Positions 45,536 to 55,602 of a DNA stretch of 64,000 nt are shown here, piece by piece. How positions within the stretch are numbered: position 1 is the stretch's first letter; every line of letters starts with the position of its first letter. The stretch is from assembly GCA_035446965.1 (NCBI GenBank), contig DAOTGE010000006.1, positions 728-64,727 on the forward strand, given 5' to 3'. The DNA comes from Eubacteriales bacterium. Its GTDB lineage: Bacteria; Bacillota; Clostridia; Christensenellales; CAG-138. The notes beneath the pieces are model-generated. The model was given only the letters and a program-made list of their open reading frames with translations. It had not been told where the DNA came from and did no database searches. The position numbers and the translations under genes are program-made.

Positions 45536-46579
45536 ATGGCGAACGCAAAACGAAAAACAAAACGGGCACCCGCGCGGAAAACCGCGCCGAGAGCAGCCGC
45601 GCTGTCCGCAAAGCAAACGACGGCGGGCGTGCTTGGCGCGCTGTGCGCGCTTTGGCTGGTCTATGCAACGCTTACGCTTTCTCCGTTTTCCTGGGGGACG
45701 CTCGCCGAGGAACTCATCCTTGCGCTGTGCGCGCTGTTTGCGCTCCGCCTGCTCTGCTTCACCCGGCTGCCGAACGGGCTGATTGCGGCATGCCTGATCC
45801 TGCTGCCGGCGGGGATTGTGCTCTATGGCGCGTATGCCGCGGCGAACCTGAACGCGGATTTCGCCCGCGCGCTGTGCCTGGCCGGGACCGCCGCAATCGT
45901 GCTGCTGACGGCGCGCGCGCTCGACGAACGGGCGGACGGCGTCGTGCTTGCCGCGCTTTTATTTTGTGCCGCGCTGCCCGTGCTGTTTGCGGCGGACACG
46001 CTGCTGATCGAAGAATTTGCCCGACTCCTGCTTGCTGCAAGCGTGCTTGCCGCCGTTGCGGCGTTACGCGAAAAAGCGGTTTGGTTTGCGTTCCTTGCCG
46101 CAGGGCTGACCGGTATGGCCGGAGCGGCGGGGTATTTCGCCGCGCTGTACGGCGCGGGCATAGGCGCGGCGCTCCTTGTCTGCGCGCCTAAAAAACAAAA
46201 AAACTTATGGACGTTTGCCGCGCTGCTGGCGGGGGGCCTGCCGCTCGCCGTGCGGCTTTTGATGCTTGCACGCCTGCCGGCAGAGGCTGTGCTGCTGCAG
46301 GAAAATTTGCTTGCGCCGGGTGCGGCCGCCGTGGCGATCGCGCCGCACCTGCTCCGTATTTATGCGGTTGGCGCATTGCTTTTCTCCGTGCGGTGCGCGC
46401 TTGGGCGGGAAGGCGCTGCGGCGCTGCCTGTGCTGTTCGCGCTGATTGGCGCGGCGGCGTTCCGGCTGGCGGCGCCCGCATTGTCGCCGGACGTTTGGAT
46501 GGACGCGCCGCTGCTTTGCGTGCTCGCGGCGGTCGGCACGGCGAAAACGGGCAGGGCGAAAGGCCGGCGTTATGCATGA
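45536..46579 (+). CDS. Polytopic membrane protein, unknown function
   Basis: Basic N-terminus followed by many Ala/Leu-rich hydrophobic segments; follows rsmG by 7 nt. Confidence 0.7.
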   Translation: MANAKRKTKRAPARKTAPRAAALSAKQTTAGVLGALCALWLVYATLTLSPFSWGTLAEELILALCALFALRLLCFTRLPNGLIAACLILLPAGIVLYGAYAAANLNADFARALCLAGTAAIVLLTARALDERADGVVLAALLFCAALPVLFAADTLLIEEFARLLLAASVLAAVAALREKAVWFAFLAAGLTGMAGAAGYFAALYGAGIGAALLVCAPKKQKNLWTFAALLAGGLPLAVRLLMLARLPAEAVLLQENLLAPGAAAVAIAPHLLRIYAVGALLFSVRCALGREGAAALPVLFALIGAAAFRLAAPALSPDVWMDAPLLCVLAAVGTAKTGRAKGRRYA

Positions 46580-46674
46580 TTTGCTGCATAAAACGGTATT
46601 TTGCAGGAAAAACGCAGGAAATGATATATTCAAGAGAAATCGCGGTAAAATGCGATTTTTTATTTGCCGTTTGG

Positions 46675-46703
46675 TTGCATTTTTATGAGGCGGACGGTAT
46701 AAT
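46675..46703 (+). promoter_or_regulatory. Sigma-A promoter for pckA
   Basis: TTGCAT-N17-TATAAT. Confidence 0.7.
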
Positions 46704-46774
46704 GCAGACAAAATGGGGGAGAATGGCAGTTGCCTTTCTTTTTAAGATATAAAAAACACAAAGGAGACAGAACC

Positions 46775-48352
46775 ATGAAAGAGTATCTGGAATCCCTCGG
46801 CATCATCGCGCCGAAAGCAGTCTACTACAACGCCAGCCCCGCGGCGCTGACCGAACTTGCGCTTGCCCGCGGCGAAGGCGTTTTGGCCGATACCGGCGCG
46901 CTGGTCGTTTTGACCGGCAAGTATACCGGCCGGTCGCCCGAAGACCGCTTTATCGTCGATTCGGCGGATGTACACGACAAGATCAACTGGAACAAAGCAA
47001 ACGTCGCCATCACGCGCGAGCGCGCGGACGCGATCTTCAATAAGATGACCGCCTATCTGCAGCACCGCGACGTGTTCGTGTTCGACGGCTATGCCGGCGC
47101 GGACCCCAAATACGCCCTGCCGGTGCGCGTCATCAACGAACTGGCCAGCTCCGCGCTGTTTGTGCATAACGCGCTGATCCGCCCGACGGAGGAGCAGCTC
47201 AAGTCGTTCGCACCCGGCTTTACCGTGCTTGCGGCGCCTGGCTTTAAGTGCGTGCCCGATGTGGACGGCGTGCATTCCGAAGCGGCCATCGTGCTCGACT
47301 TTGAGAAAAAGCGCATCCTCGTCGCCGGTTCGCAGTATGCCGGCGAAATCAAGAAGGGCATCTTCACCGTGATGAACTTCCTTATGCCGCAGCTGGGCGT
47401 TCTGCCGATGCACTGCTCCGCCAACATTGGCAAGGGCGGCGACTCTGCGCTGTTCTTCGGCCTTTCCGGCACCGGCAAGACCACGCTTTCCGCAGACCCG
47501 AACCGCAAGCTCGTCGGCGACGACGAACACGGCTGGACCGACGAAGGCATTTTCAACTTCGAGGGCGGTTGCTATGCAAAGTGCATCAACCTTTCCAAGG
47601 AAAACGAACCGCAGATCTGGAACGCAATCAAATTCGGCGCGCTGGTGGAAAATGTCGTGCTGGACGGCGAGCGTCATATGGACTTTGACGACGACACCTA
47701 CACCGCCAACACCCGCGCGGGTTACCCCGTGGAATACATTCCCGACTGCGTAATTCCCGGCGTGGGCGGCCTGCCCAAAGCGGTCGTGTTCCTTACGGCG
47801 GACGCGTTCGGCGTGATTCCGCCGATCAGCAAGCTGGACAAGAACGCCGCCATGTATCACTTCGTCTCCGGCTACACAAGCAAGCTTGCCGGGACCGAGC
47901 GCGGCGTTACCGAACCGCAGACCACGTTCTCGACGCTCTTCGGCGCGCCGTTTATGCCCATGAACCCGGCGGTTTATGCCGAAATGCTGGGCGAGCGCAT
48001 CGACCGCGACGACGTTAGCGTCTTCCTGCTTAACACCGGCTGGTGCGGCCATAAGGCCGGCGACGGCAAGCGCATGAGCATCAAGTACACGCGCGCCATG
48101 CTGACCGCCGCTCTGACGGGTGAGCTGGACAAGGCGGGCTATGAGCTCGATCCCATCTTCAACGTGCAGGTTCCGAAGGCCTGCCCCGACGTGCCGGCAG
48201 AAGTGCTTTCGCCGCGCAAGATGTGGGCCAAGGAAGCGGGCGAAGCCGCCTACGAAGCCACTGCCAAGGACCTTGCGTCGCGCTTTGAAAAGAACTTCCA
48301 GAAATACGACCATATGCCCAAGCATATCGTCGACGCAGGCCCGAAGGCGTAA
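46775..48352 (+). CDS. pckA: Phosphoenolpyruvate carboxykinase (ATP)
   Basis: TGKYTGRSPEDRF, YAGEIKK, MHCSAN, FFGLSGTGKTTLS, GDDEHGW, NFEGGCYAK, NTRAGYP, DAFGVIPP. Confidence 0.98.
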   Translation: MKEYLESLGIIAPKAVYYNASPAALTELALARGEGVLADTGALVVLTGKYTGRSPEDRFIVDSADVHDKINWNKANVAITRERADAIFNKMTAYLQHRDVFVFDGYAGADPKYALPVRVINELASSALFVHNALIRPTEEQLKSFAPGFTVLAAPGFKCVPDVDGVHSEAAIVLDFEKKRILVAGSQYAGEIKKGIFTVMNFLMPQLGVLPMHCSANIGKGGDSALFFGLSGTGKTTLSADPNRKLVGDDEHGWTDEGIFNFEGGCYAKCINLSKENEPQIWNAIKFGALVENVVLDGERHMDFDDDTYTANTRAGYPVEYIPDCVIPGVGGLPKAVVFLTADAFGVIPPISKLDKNAAMYHFVSGYTSKLAGTERGVTEPQTTFSTLFGAPFMPMNPAVYAEMLGERIDRDDVSVFLLNTGWCGHKAGDGKRMSIKYTRAMLTAALTGELDKAGYELDPIFNVQVPKACPDVPAEVLSPRKMWAKEAGEAAYEATAKDLASRFEKNFQKYDHMPKHIVDAGPKA

Positions 48353-48375
48353 CTTAAAAACAATCGACATAAGCA

Positions 48376-48411
48376 AAACAAAGCGCCCGCCGCAAGACGG
48401 GCGCTTTGTTT
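48376..48411 (+). terminator. pckA terminator
   Basis: AAACAAAGCGCCCG-N8-CGGGCGCTTTGTTT. Confidence 0.8.
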
Positions 48412-48528
48412 GCCACGCGGCAAGACCGGCAAACGGCACGGCGGGCGCCGACGGAACGCCCGGCTTGTGCCGCGGCGTGCTCTTGCGGTATACTGGCGGT
48501 GCTGTAAAAGAAAGGAGAAGCGCTCCGG

Positions 48529-50148
48529 ATGGATCAAAACCCGTTTGAACAGAAGATACGGCAGGCAAACGAACGCCTCCGCGCGCAGAGCGTGCCGGAG
48601 ACGGCCGTCCTAATCGTGGTTCTGGTCTGCGCGCTTTTGCTCTGCGTGGCGAGCCTGGCCGCTACGAGCGTGATCGATCCGCAGGCGTATCAGAGCGGGA
48701 ACGTCCTTTTTGCGAAAGATTCGTCCGGCTTCAATTTTGCGGTTTTGCTTTTGCTTGCCGCGGCGGCGCGCGTGCTGCGGGCCGCGCGCATTTCCGAACG
48801 GTTCCTGCGGCGGTCGACGGTGCTTCTGCTGACGCTGCTTGGCGGGGTCGGGTTGCTTTGGATCCTGCTTGAAAAAGCGCTGCCCGCCGGCGATCAGCTC
48901 GTTTGCTATAACGCGGCGAAGGCGCTTGTCCATGGCGATACGTCCGCACTGACGGACGAGAACGGCGCATTCTTTTTCTTTTTTGCCTGTTCGCCGAACC
49001 GGTTCGGGACGCTCTTCTACACGGAGGTTCTGATGCGCGTGTTCGGCGAGAAGGGCATTTTGCTTGCCGCGCCCGCACTGAACGTGCTGCTGGTGCTCTT
49101 TGGATATGTTTTACTGCTGCGTCTGACGGAGAATCTCTTCAAAGACCGGCGGATTGCGCTGCTGACGCTGTTCTTTTTATGCATTTTCTTTCAACCGATT
49201 CTGTCCTGCACGGTGATCGACGGCGCGGCGTTTGCCTTTGCGCTTTCGGCCTGGGCGCTGGAGAGGACGTTTTTGTACCTGCGAAACGGAAAGAAGCGCG
49301 AACTGGCCGGTGCGGCGGTACTCTTCCTGTTTGCCGCGCTGTTCCGTCCGTTTGCGCTGGCTGCCGCGGGCGCGGTGGTTCTGGCGCTCCTGCTTGCCGC
49401 GTTTCGGAAAAGAAGCTGGGTTCCGCTGGCTGCCGGAGTCGTCGTCGCAGCGGCGGCGGTCATCGGACTGTTTTTCCCGCGCGTCTTGTATGAGGCGCGG
49501 CTGAGTACGGACTATGGCGGGGGACTGAACGCCGTGGTCTGGCGGGCGGCGGAACGGAGCGCCGGGGAAACGGAGAATATGGAGGAAATCCGTGCGTACT
49601 TCAACGAACAAAAGGAAGAATACGGGCTGGATTTTGCGGCGTTTGCCGAACAGGCGGAGGCCGACCTTGCGGCGGAGGAACAAACCGGCGCAGGTTCGGC
49701 GTCCGAATGGCTGGCAAGACGGATTTCCGCCGTTTGGAACGAGCCGACGTTCGGTTCCCTCTGGGCGAGCGGTGCGTTTGAGCCGTTCGGCGAGAGATCG
49801 GAACTGGCGCTGAGCATTTCCGGCGGGACGGCGGCGCAGGCGCTCAACCGCGCCTGGAATCAGCTGATGCAGTTGCTCTACGCGGGCGTGTTCCTTTCGG
49901 CCATATTGCTTATGATGCAAAAGTCCGAGGGGAAGATGCTTCTGCCGGCCGCCGTTCTGTTTGGGGTGATTTTCTGTCTGTTTTCCGGGCCGTCGGCGGG
50001 GAATGCGGTTTGGTTCCTGCCGCTGCTGTGCCCGCTCGCGGCGCTGGGCGTATTTGCGTTCGGAGTGGACGTGACGGCTCTGTTTACGCGCCCGTCCACC
50101 ACCTGGGAGCAGGCGAAACAGGAGCGCGGAAGCCGCAAAGTGAAATGA
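48529..50148 (+). CDS. Polytopic membrane protein, possible GT-C-fold glycosyltransferase
   Basis: About 12 hydrophobic segments, extracytoplasmic loop with GDQ..C(Y)NAA and PN..G motifs, large acidic second loop; family inferred only. Confidence 0.55.
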   Translation: MDQNPFEQKIRQANERLRAQSVPETAVLIVVLVCALLLCVASLAATSVIDPQAYQSGNVLFAKDSSGFNFAVLLLLAAAARVLRAARISERFLRRSTVLLLTLLGGVGLLWILLEKALPAGDQLVCYNAAKALVHGDTSALTDENGAFFFFFACSPNRFGTLFYTEVLMRVFGEKGILLAAPALNVLLVLFGYVLLLRLTENLFKDRRIALLTLFFLCIFFQPILSCTVIDGAAFAFALSAWALERTFLYLRNGKKRELAGAAVLFLFAALFRPFALAAAGAVVLALLLAAFRKRSWVPLAAGVVVAAAAVIGLFFPRVLYEARLSTDYGGGLNAVVWRAAERSAGETENMEEIRAYFNEQKEEYGLDFAAFAEQAEADLAAEEQTGAGSASEWLARRISAVWNEPTFGSLWASGAFEPFGERSELALSISGGTAAQALNRAWNQLMQLLYAGVFLSAILLMMQKSEGKMLLPAAVLFGVIFCLFSGPSAGNAVWFLPLLCPLAALGVFAFGVDVTALFTRPSTTWEQAKQERGSRKVK

Positions 50149-50255
50149 AGGAATCGCCGTAAAGATTTTATGCTTGAACGGTGCGCACCCTTGCTGTTAT
50201 ACTGGTTGAACTGTCCGCGGGCAACGCGGACCGGGAAACGATGAGGAACAGCGGA

Positions 50256-51683
50256 ATGAAAAAGAGGATTGCGGGTCTGTTCGACCGCGCGTTTTGGAGC
50301 GCGGCGCTTCCGCTCGCCCTTCCGATTGCGCTGCAAAATCTTTTAATGACGTCGTTTCGCATGGTCGACACGCTCATGATCGGCCGCCTTGGGGACGTTT
50401 CCATCGCGGCGGTCGGGCTGGCCGGGTATGCGTCCTTTTTCATGGAACTGATTTCCTTTGGCATGGCGTCCGGCGGCGCGGTTTTTGTTGCGCAGTACCA
50501 CGGCGCGGGCAACAGGGACGGAATCCTTCAGTCCTATGGGACCATGCTTTCGTTTATGCTGCCGGTCGGGCTTTTGTTTACCTTCGGCGTCGGGCTGTTT
50601 CCGGAGTTTGTGATGCGCCTGTTTACCAGCGACGCTGCGCTCATCGGCGAAGGCGTGCGGTACCTGCGCTTTGCATGCGTGTCGTACGTTTCCCTTGCGC
50701 TCAACATGGTGATTTCCACGATGCTCCGTTGCACGGAGCAGGTGCGCATCCCAATGATTACCAGCGGCATCAGCGCCGCGCTGAACGCCGTGCTCAACTA
50801 TATGTTCATCTTTGGCGTGTTCGGCCTGCCTGCAATGGGCGTTGCGGGCGCAGGGCTGGCCACGGCGATTTCCTCGCTGGTCAATCCGTTGATGATGCTT
50901 GCGCTTTCCGCCGCGAAGAAAACGGTGGTCTTCGCGCCGCTGAAGAAGATATTTTCCCTGCGCGGATTTCTGAAACCATTTTGGTCGCGCGCGCTGCCGG
51001 TGCTGCTCAACGAGTTTTTCTGGAGCCTCTCGATCGTCGGCGCCAACATGGTTTTCGGTCGAATGGGAACGGACAATTATGCCGCGCTGACCGTGGAGCG
51101 GACGATTGAAAATCTTGTATTCGTGTTTTTCGTCGGCATCTGCAATGCCTGCAACATCCTCGTGGGCAAGTCCGTCGGCGCAGGCAGGCTTGAAGAAGGG
51201 AAAGCGTATGCAGGCAGGTTCCTGCGGCTTACTCCTCTGCTCGGCGTTGCCGCGGGCGCGCTGATCGCGGTTTTGCGCATACCGCTGGTTGGATTATTCG
51301 ACCTTTCCGACACGGCGGCGCACACGGCGCGCGTGCTGCTGCTGATGTTCTCCGTGGATGCGATCGTGCGGTATATCCCGTATGTGGAAGTGGTCGGCAT
51401 CTTTCGTGCGGGCGGCGAAACGCGCTACGGACTGATGTGCGACCTGGTTTCCCAGTATGTGTTCATCCTGCCGACGGTCATACTCTGCGGGCTGGTTTGG
51501 AACCTGCCGTTTTTGACGACGTATCTGTTCATGCTGATCGTGGACGACGTTTCCAAGCTGATTATCACGATTCCGTACTACAGGAGCATGCGCTGGATCA
51601 AGCCGATCACCGCCGTTCCGTTCAATGCGGGCGACGCGCAGCAAGTCCTTTTGCAAAGCGGAGAGGAAACGGGTATACTATAG
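50256..51683 (+). CDS. MATE family efflux transporter
   Basis: LALPIALQNLL, VDTLMIGRLG, AQYHGA, GVAGAGLAT, GKSVGAG, GIFRAGG. Confidence 0.94.
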   Translation: MKKRIAGLFDRAFWSAALPLALPIALQNLLMTSFRMVDTLMIGRLGDVSIAAVGLAGYASFFMELISFGMASGGAVFVAQYHGAGNRDGILQSYGTMLSFMLPVGLLFTFGVGLFPEFVMRLFTSDAALIGEGVRYLRFACVSYVSLALNMVISTMLRCTEQVRIPMITSGISAALNAVLNYMFIFGVFGLPAMGVAGAGLATAISSLVNPLMMLALSAAKKTVVFAPLKKIFSLRGFLKPFWSRALPVLLNEFFWSLSIVGANMVFGRMGTDNYAALTVERTIENLVFVFFVGICNACNILVGKSVGAGRLEEGKAYAGRFLRLTPLLGVAAGALIAVLRIPLVGLFDLSDTAAHTARVLLLMFSVDAIVRYIPYVEVVGIFRAGGETRYGLMCDLVSQYVFILPTVILCGLVWNLPFLTTYLFMLIVDDVSKLIITIPYYRSMRWIKPITAVPFNAGDAQQVLLQSGEETGIL

Positions 51684-51761
51684 CCGTTATAATATTGGAA
51701 CGAAGCGCCGGCTGCACGAAAAACGCTGTTTTATGCGCGGCCGGCCGGGAGAAAAGAGCGT

Positions 51762-53117
51762 ATGCGTAAGGCGCGTCAGGGTATCCGGCCGATTCGCGTG
51801 CTGCCGCTGGGGTTTTTGTGCATCATCCTCATCGGGGCCTTACTTTTGATGCTGCCGGTCTCGAGCAGGGACGGCACGTCTCTGCCGTTTTTGAACGCGC
51901 TGTTTACGTCGACGAGCGCGTCCTGTGTGACAGGGCTTGTCGTTGTGGACACGGGCACGTATTTTTCGCTGTTCGGTCAGATTGTGATTCTGATTATGAT
52001 CCAGCTTGGCGGACTGGGCTTTATGACCACGGCGACGATTCTGTTTTCGCTGACGGGGCGAAAAATTTCCCTGCACGACCGCATGACCATGGCCGAGGGC
52101 TTGGGCGAAAGTCGTCTGCAGGGAATCGTGCGTCTCAGCCGGAGCGCGCTGCTGGTTACGGCCGTGTTCGAATTTCTGGGGATGATTCTGCTTTCCGTGC
52201 GGTTTATCCCGGAATACGGCGTTGTGCGCGGGCTGTGGTATTCGCTCTTCCACAGTGTTTCGGCGTTCTGCAACGCGGGTTTCGACCTGATCGGAGGATA
52301 TCGGTCATTCACGGGGTACAGCGCCGATCCTTATATGCTCTTTACGCTCATGATGCTTATCGTGGTAGGCGGATTGGGCTTTACCGTGCTCATCAACGTC
52401 TATCGCAAGCGGCGGTTTAAAAAGCTGCGGCTGCACGCAAAGCTCGTTTTGGTCGGCACGCTGATTTTGATCGTGTTCGGTACGCTGGTCTTTTTACTGA
52501 TCGAGTACGACAACCCGGAAACGATCGGCGGTATGCCGTTTTTCCAGAAACTGCTCAACGCGCTGTTCCAGTCGGTCACGCTGCGTACCGCCGGGTTCAA
52601 TACCATCAGCGAATATGCGCTGCGCGATGCGAGCAAGGGCGTAAGCGTGCTGCTGATGCTTATCGGCGGCGGTCCGGCCGGCACGGCGGGCGGCCTCAAG
52701 ATCACGACCGTGTTTACGCTGGTGCTCGCCGTGCGTGCGTATATCCGGGGGCGCTTCGACACCGTGGTCTTCGGACGGACGATCCCGCTGGAGCAGGTGC
52801 GCCGCGCGCTGACGATTTTCTTCTTCGGGCTCGTGTTCGTGTTCGGCATGGGGATAGCCGTTTCGGTGGTCGAGCAGCATCAGGCGGCCGGCACGCTCGG
52901 CATTATGAATCAGCTGTTTGAAGCCACCAGCGCGTTCTGCACCGTCGGCGTTTCGTCCGGCGTGACGGCGGCCAGCACGTCGGTAACGCGCATCATGCTG
53001 ATCGTTTTGATGTATATCGGCCGCGTCGGTCTTTTGACCGTGGCGATGTCCCTGATAGAGGGGAGCTCCAAAGAATCCGTTTTGCATTATCCGATGGAGG
53101 ATATTTTAATCGGCTGA
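51762..53117 (+). CDS. trkH: Trk/Ktr potassium uptake membrane subunit
   Basis: LFTSTSASCVTGL, IQLGGLG, SAFCNAGF, LRTAGF, GGGPAGTAGGLK, SAFCTVG, MYIGRVG. Confidence 0.93.
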   Translation: MRKARQGIRPIRVLPLGFLCIILIGALLLMLPVSSRDGTSLPFLNALFTSTSASCVTGLVVVDTGTYFSLFGQIVILIMIQLGGLGFMTTATILFSLTGRKISLHDRMTMAEGLGESRLQGIVRLSRSALLVTAVFEFLGMILLSVRFIPEYGVVRGLWYSLFHSVSAFCNAGFDLIGGYRSFTGYSADPYMLFTLMMLIVVGGLGFTVLINVYRKRRFKKLRLHAKLVLVGTLILIVFGTLVFLLIEYDNPETIGGMPFFQKLLNALFQSVTLRTAGFNTISEYALRDASKGVSVLLMLIGGGPAGTAGGLKITTVFTLVLAVRAYIRGRFDTVVFGRTIPLEQVRRALTIFFFGLVFVFGMGIAVSVVEQHQAAGTLGIMNQLFEATSAFCTVGVSSGVTAASTSVTRIMLIVLMYIGRVGLLTVAMSLIEGSSKESVLHYPMEDILIG

Positions 53118-53177
53118 CGCGCCGCGGCTTCTGCGGCCCGGCCGGAACCACCTGAATTTGCGCAAGGAGTGAACTGC

Positions 53178-53819
53178 ATGAGCAAAAGCTTTATTATCAT
53201 TGGGTTGGGGCGCTTCGGCATGAGCACGGCGCGCATGCTGACCACGCTCGGGCACGAGGTGCTCGCCGTGGACAAGCGCGCCGACCGCGTGAACGCCATC
53301 AAGGACAGCGTGATGCATGCCGTCCAGGCGGACACCACGGACGAGCGTGCCGTTTCGCATCTTGGCGTACGCAACTTTGACTGCGTGGTCATCTGCATCG
53401 GGGACGATATCCGCGCGTCCGTTCTGGCAACCGTGCTCTGCCGCGAGATGGGCGCAAAGAAAATCGTCGCCAAAGCGCAGGACGACCTGCATCAGAAACT
53501 GCTGATTAAAACCGGCGCGGACCGCGTCGTCCAGCCAGAGCACGACGGCGGGATCCGCCTTGCGCGTTCGCTGGTCGCCGAGGGCGTTCTGGATTCCCTC
53601 GATCTCTCGGAGGAATACAGCATCAACGAAATCGAAGTCCCGCGCGACTGGGTCGGCCGGTCGCTTGCGCAGATCAACGTGCGCAATAAATACGGGCTTT
53701 CCGTCATCGCAGTCCGGCGCGAAGGGCATATTGCGGTCAATTTCAACCCGAACGAACCGTTCCACGCGGATGATTCGATTTATGTGCTCGGTGACAACAA
53801 GAGCATGGAGCGCATCTGA
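53178..53819 (+). CDS. trkA: Trk/Ktr potassium uptake NAD-binding (RCK) subunit
   Basis: IIGLGRFG, VLAVD, QADTTD, VVQPEHDGG, C-terminal TrkA-C domain. Confidence 0.93.
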   Translation: MSKSFIIIGLGRFGMSTARMLTTLGHEVLAVDKRADRVNAIKDSVMHAVQADTTDERAVSHLGVRNFDCVVICIGDDIRASVLATVLCREMGAKKIVAKAQDDLHQKLLIKTGADRVVQPEHDGGIRLARSLVAEGVLDSLDLSEEYSINEIEVPRDWVGRSLAQINVRNKYGLSVIAVRREGHIAVNFNPNEPFHADDSIYVLGDNKSMERI

Positions 53820-53971
53820 ACCGGCCTTCGTGTGCGAATGAAGACAAACAAATCCGGCAAAACCCGCAGGAAGAACTGCGGGTTTTGCTTTGCCGTATGC
53901 CGCCGGGATTGCGCGGCGGCGGACGATTTGTTAAAATGCTTTTCAGAACAGATCGAAGGACGGAAAAACGC

Positions 53972-55258
53972 ATGCAGAAAACGAAGCGTACGCTGCAGGA
54001 AAAACTCCACGCAAGGAAGATCAAACAGCCTCCGAAGCTTGTTTACTGCGCGCTGGGGTACCTTTGGCGGATTTTGTATTTTAAGCGGCTCGGACTTTCC
54101 GTTGAAATTAAGGACGACCCCAGAAAATGCAAAGGACCTTATATCGTCGTAAGCAACCACGCCTCGAGGCTGGATTATATCTATACAGGCGTCGTGCTGC
54201 TGCCGGACACACTGAACTTTGTCGCCGGGTACAACGAATTCTTCCGTTCGCACCTCGCGCGCATCTTCCGGATTTTACAGATCATTCCGAAAAAGAATTT
54301 CACGCCGGACGTATACACCGTTAAGGAAATTGCCCGCATTATCCGCGGCGGCGGCCGCGTAATCCTTTTTCCCGAGGGTATGAGTTCCATTGGCGGCGGC
54401 AATCAGCCCAGCGCGATCGGCAGCGGCAAACTGCTCAAGCACTTCGGCGTGCCTGTGTATGTCAGCCGGATTTCCGGCGGGTATCTCACGAGCACGAAAT
54501 ATTGCCTGGACGAGCGGCCGGGGCGTGTGGACGTTGTGATTGACCGGCTGTTTTCGCCGGAGCAGCTCGCGGAGATGAGCGCGGATGAAATCCAGCGCCG
54601 GCTCGACGAAGCGATTCGAAACGACGACTATGAATGGAACAAAACCGCGCAGGTGCGTTACGACGGCCACGGACGGATTGCGCACCAGCTGCACACGCTG
54701 CTTTACCGCTGCCCGCGCTGCGGAAAAGAACTCGCCATGCATGCCTCGGGCGACACGATCCGCTGTATGGCCTGCGGCAACGGCGCGCGATTGGACGAAA
54801 CATACCGCCTGATTCCGCTGGACGATACCTGCGCCGTGCCCGACACGCCACGCGTCTGGTTTGACGAGGAACGGCAAATCGTTCGCAGGGAATTGCAGAA
54901 CAAGGCGTTCCGCCTGAGCGAGCGGGTGAAGCTGGGGATGCTTCCAAAGGACCGCTACCTGAAAAATCAGGCGACCAGCGAACCCGCCGGGGAAGGCGAA
55001 ATTACGCTTGCCCGGGACGGATTCACCTACCGCGGGACACGGCGGGGGGAACCGTTTACCTTCCATATCGAGCCGAAACTCCTGCCGACCTACGGTATGT
55101 GCACGGATGTTTCGCGGTTTTATACTTTTTTTGAGGGCGAGTTTTACGAGTTTTTTCCCGAAACGGAATGCGTTGCAAAGTGGCTGCTTGCGACCGAGGA
55201 ACTGCACCGGCTCAGCGGCGGCGAATGGAAGGATTTTCCATCCGCCGTGCGCGCGTAA
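53972..55258 (+). CDS. 1-acyl-sn-glycerol-3-phosphate acyltransferase (long PlsC-like)
   Basis: NHASRLD and ILFPEG acyltransferase blocks; C-terminal extension with two CxxC motifs (CPRC, CMAC). Confidence 0.85.
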   Translation: MQKTKRTLQEKLHARKIKQPPKLVYCALGYLWRILYFKRLGLSVEIKDDPRKCKGPYIVVSNHASRLDYIYTGVVLLPDTLNFVAGYNEFFRSHLARIFRILQIIPKKNFTPDVYTVKEIARIIRGGGRVILFPEGMSSIGGGNQPSAIGSGKLLKHFGVPVYVSRISGGYLTSTKYCLDERPGRVDVVIDRLFSPEQLAEMSADEIQRRLDEAIRNDDYEWNKTAQVRYDGHGRIAHQLHTLLYRCPRCGKELAMHASGDTIRCMACGNGARLDETYRLIPLDDTCAVPDTPRVWFDEERQIVRRELQNKAFRLSERVKLGMLPKDRYLKNQATSEPAGEGEITLARDGFTYRGTRRGEPFTFHIEPKLLPTYGMCTDVSRFYTFFEGEFYEFFPETECVAKWLLATEELHRLSGGEWKDFPSAVRA

Positions 55259-55272
55259 ACGGAGCGGCCGGG

Positions 55273-55521
55273 GTGAACCGGTTTGCGGAGCCGGCAATGG
55301 AAGTGGACCTGCACGGTAAAAACCGGTATCAGGCGCGCATTGCGCTGGATACCGCGCTCAGGCGGAGCCGGGGCGTTTACCGCATCCACGTGGTGCATGG
55401 CCATCTGCGCGGCACGGCGCTGCGGGACATGATTTGGAGCGAATACGCCGGCGACGCGCGCATATTGCGACTGGAAGCGGTCGGCGAAGGCGCAACCGAT
55501 TTGGTTTTGCGGGAACTGTGA
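55273..55521 (+). CDS. Stand-alone Smr-domain protein
   Basis: VDLHG...IHVVHG(HL)RGTALR...GAT pattern; about 82 aa; start could be GTG 55273 or ATG 55297. Confidence 0.78.
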   Translation: MNRFAEPAMEVDLHGKNRYQARIALDTALRRSRGVYRIHVVHGHLRGTALRDMIWSEYAGDARILRLEAVGEGATDLVLREL

Positions 55522-55602
55522 TGATTACAGATAAAAATATAACCGACCCCTGAAGGACGGTTATAAAAAACGACGGGCAGCGGCCGGTGAAACCGGTGGC
55601 TG

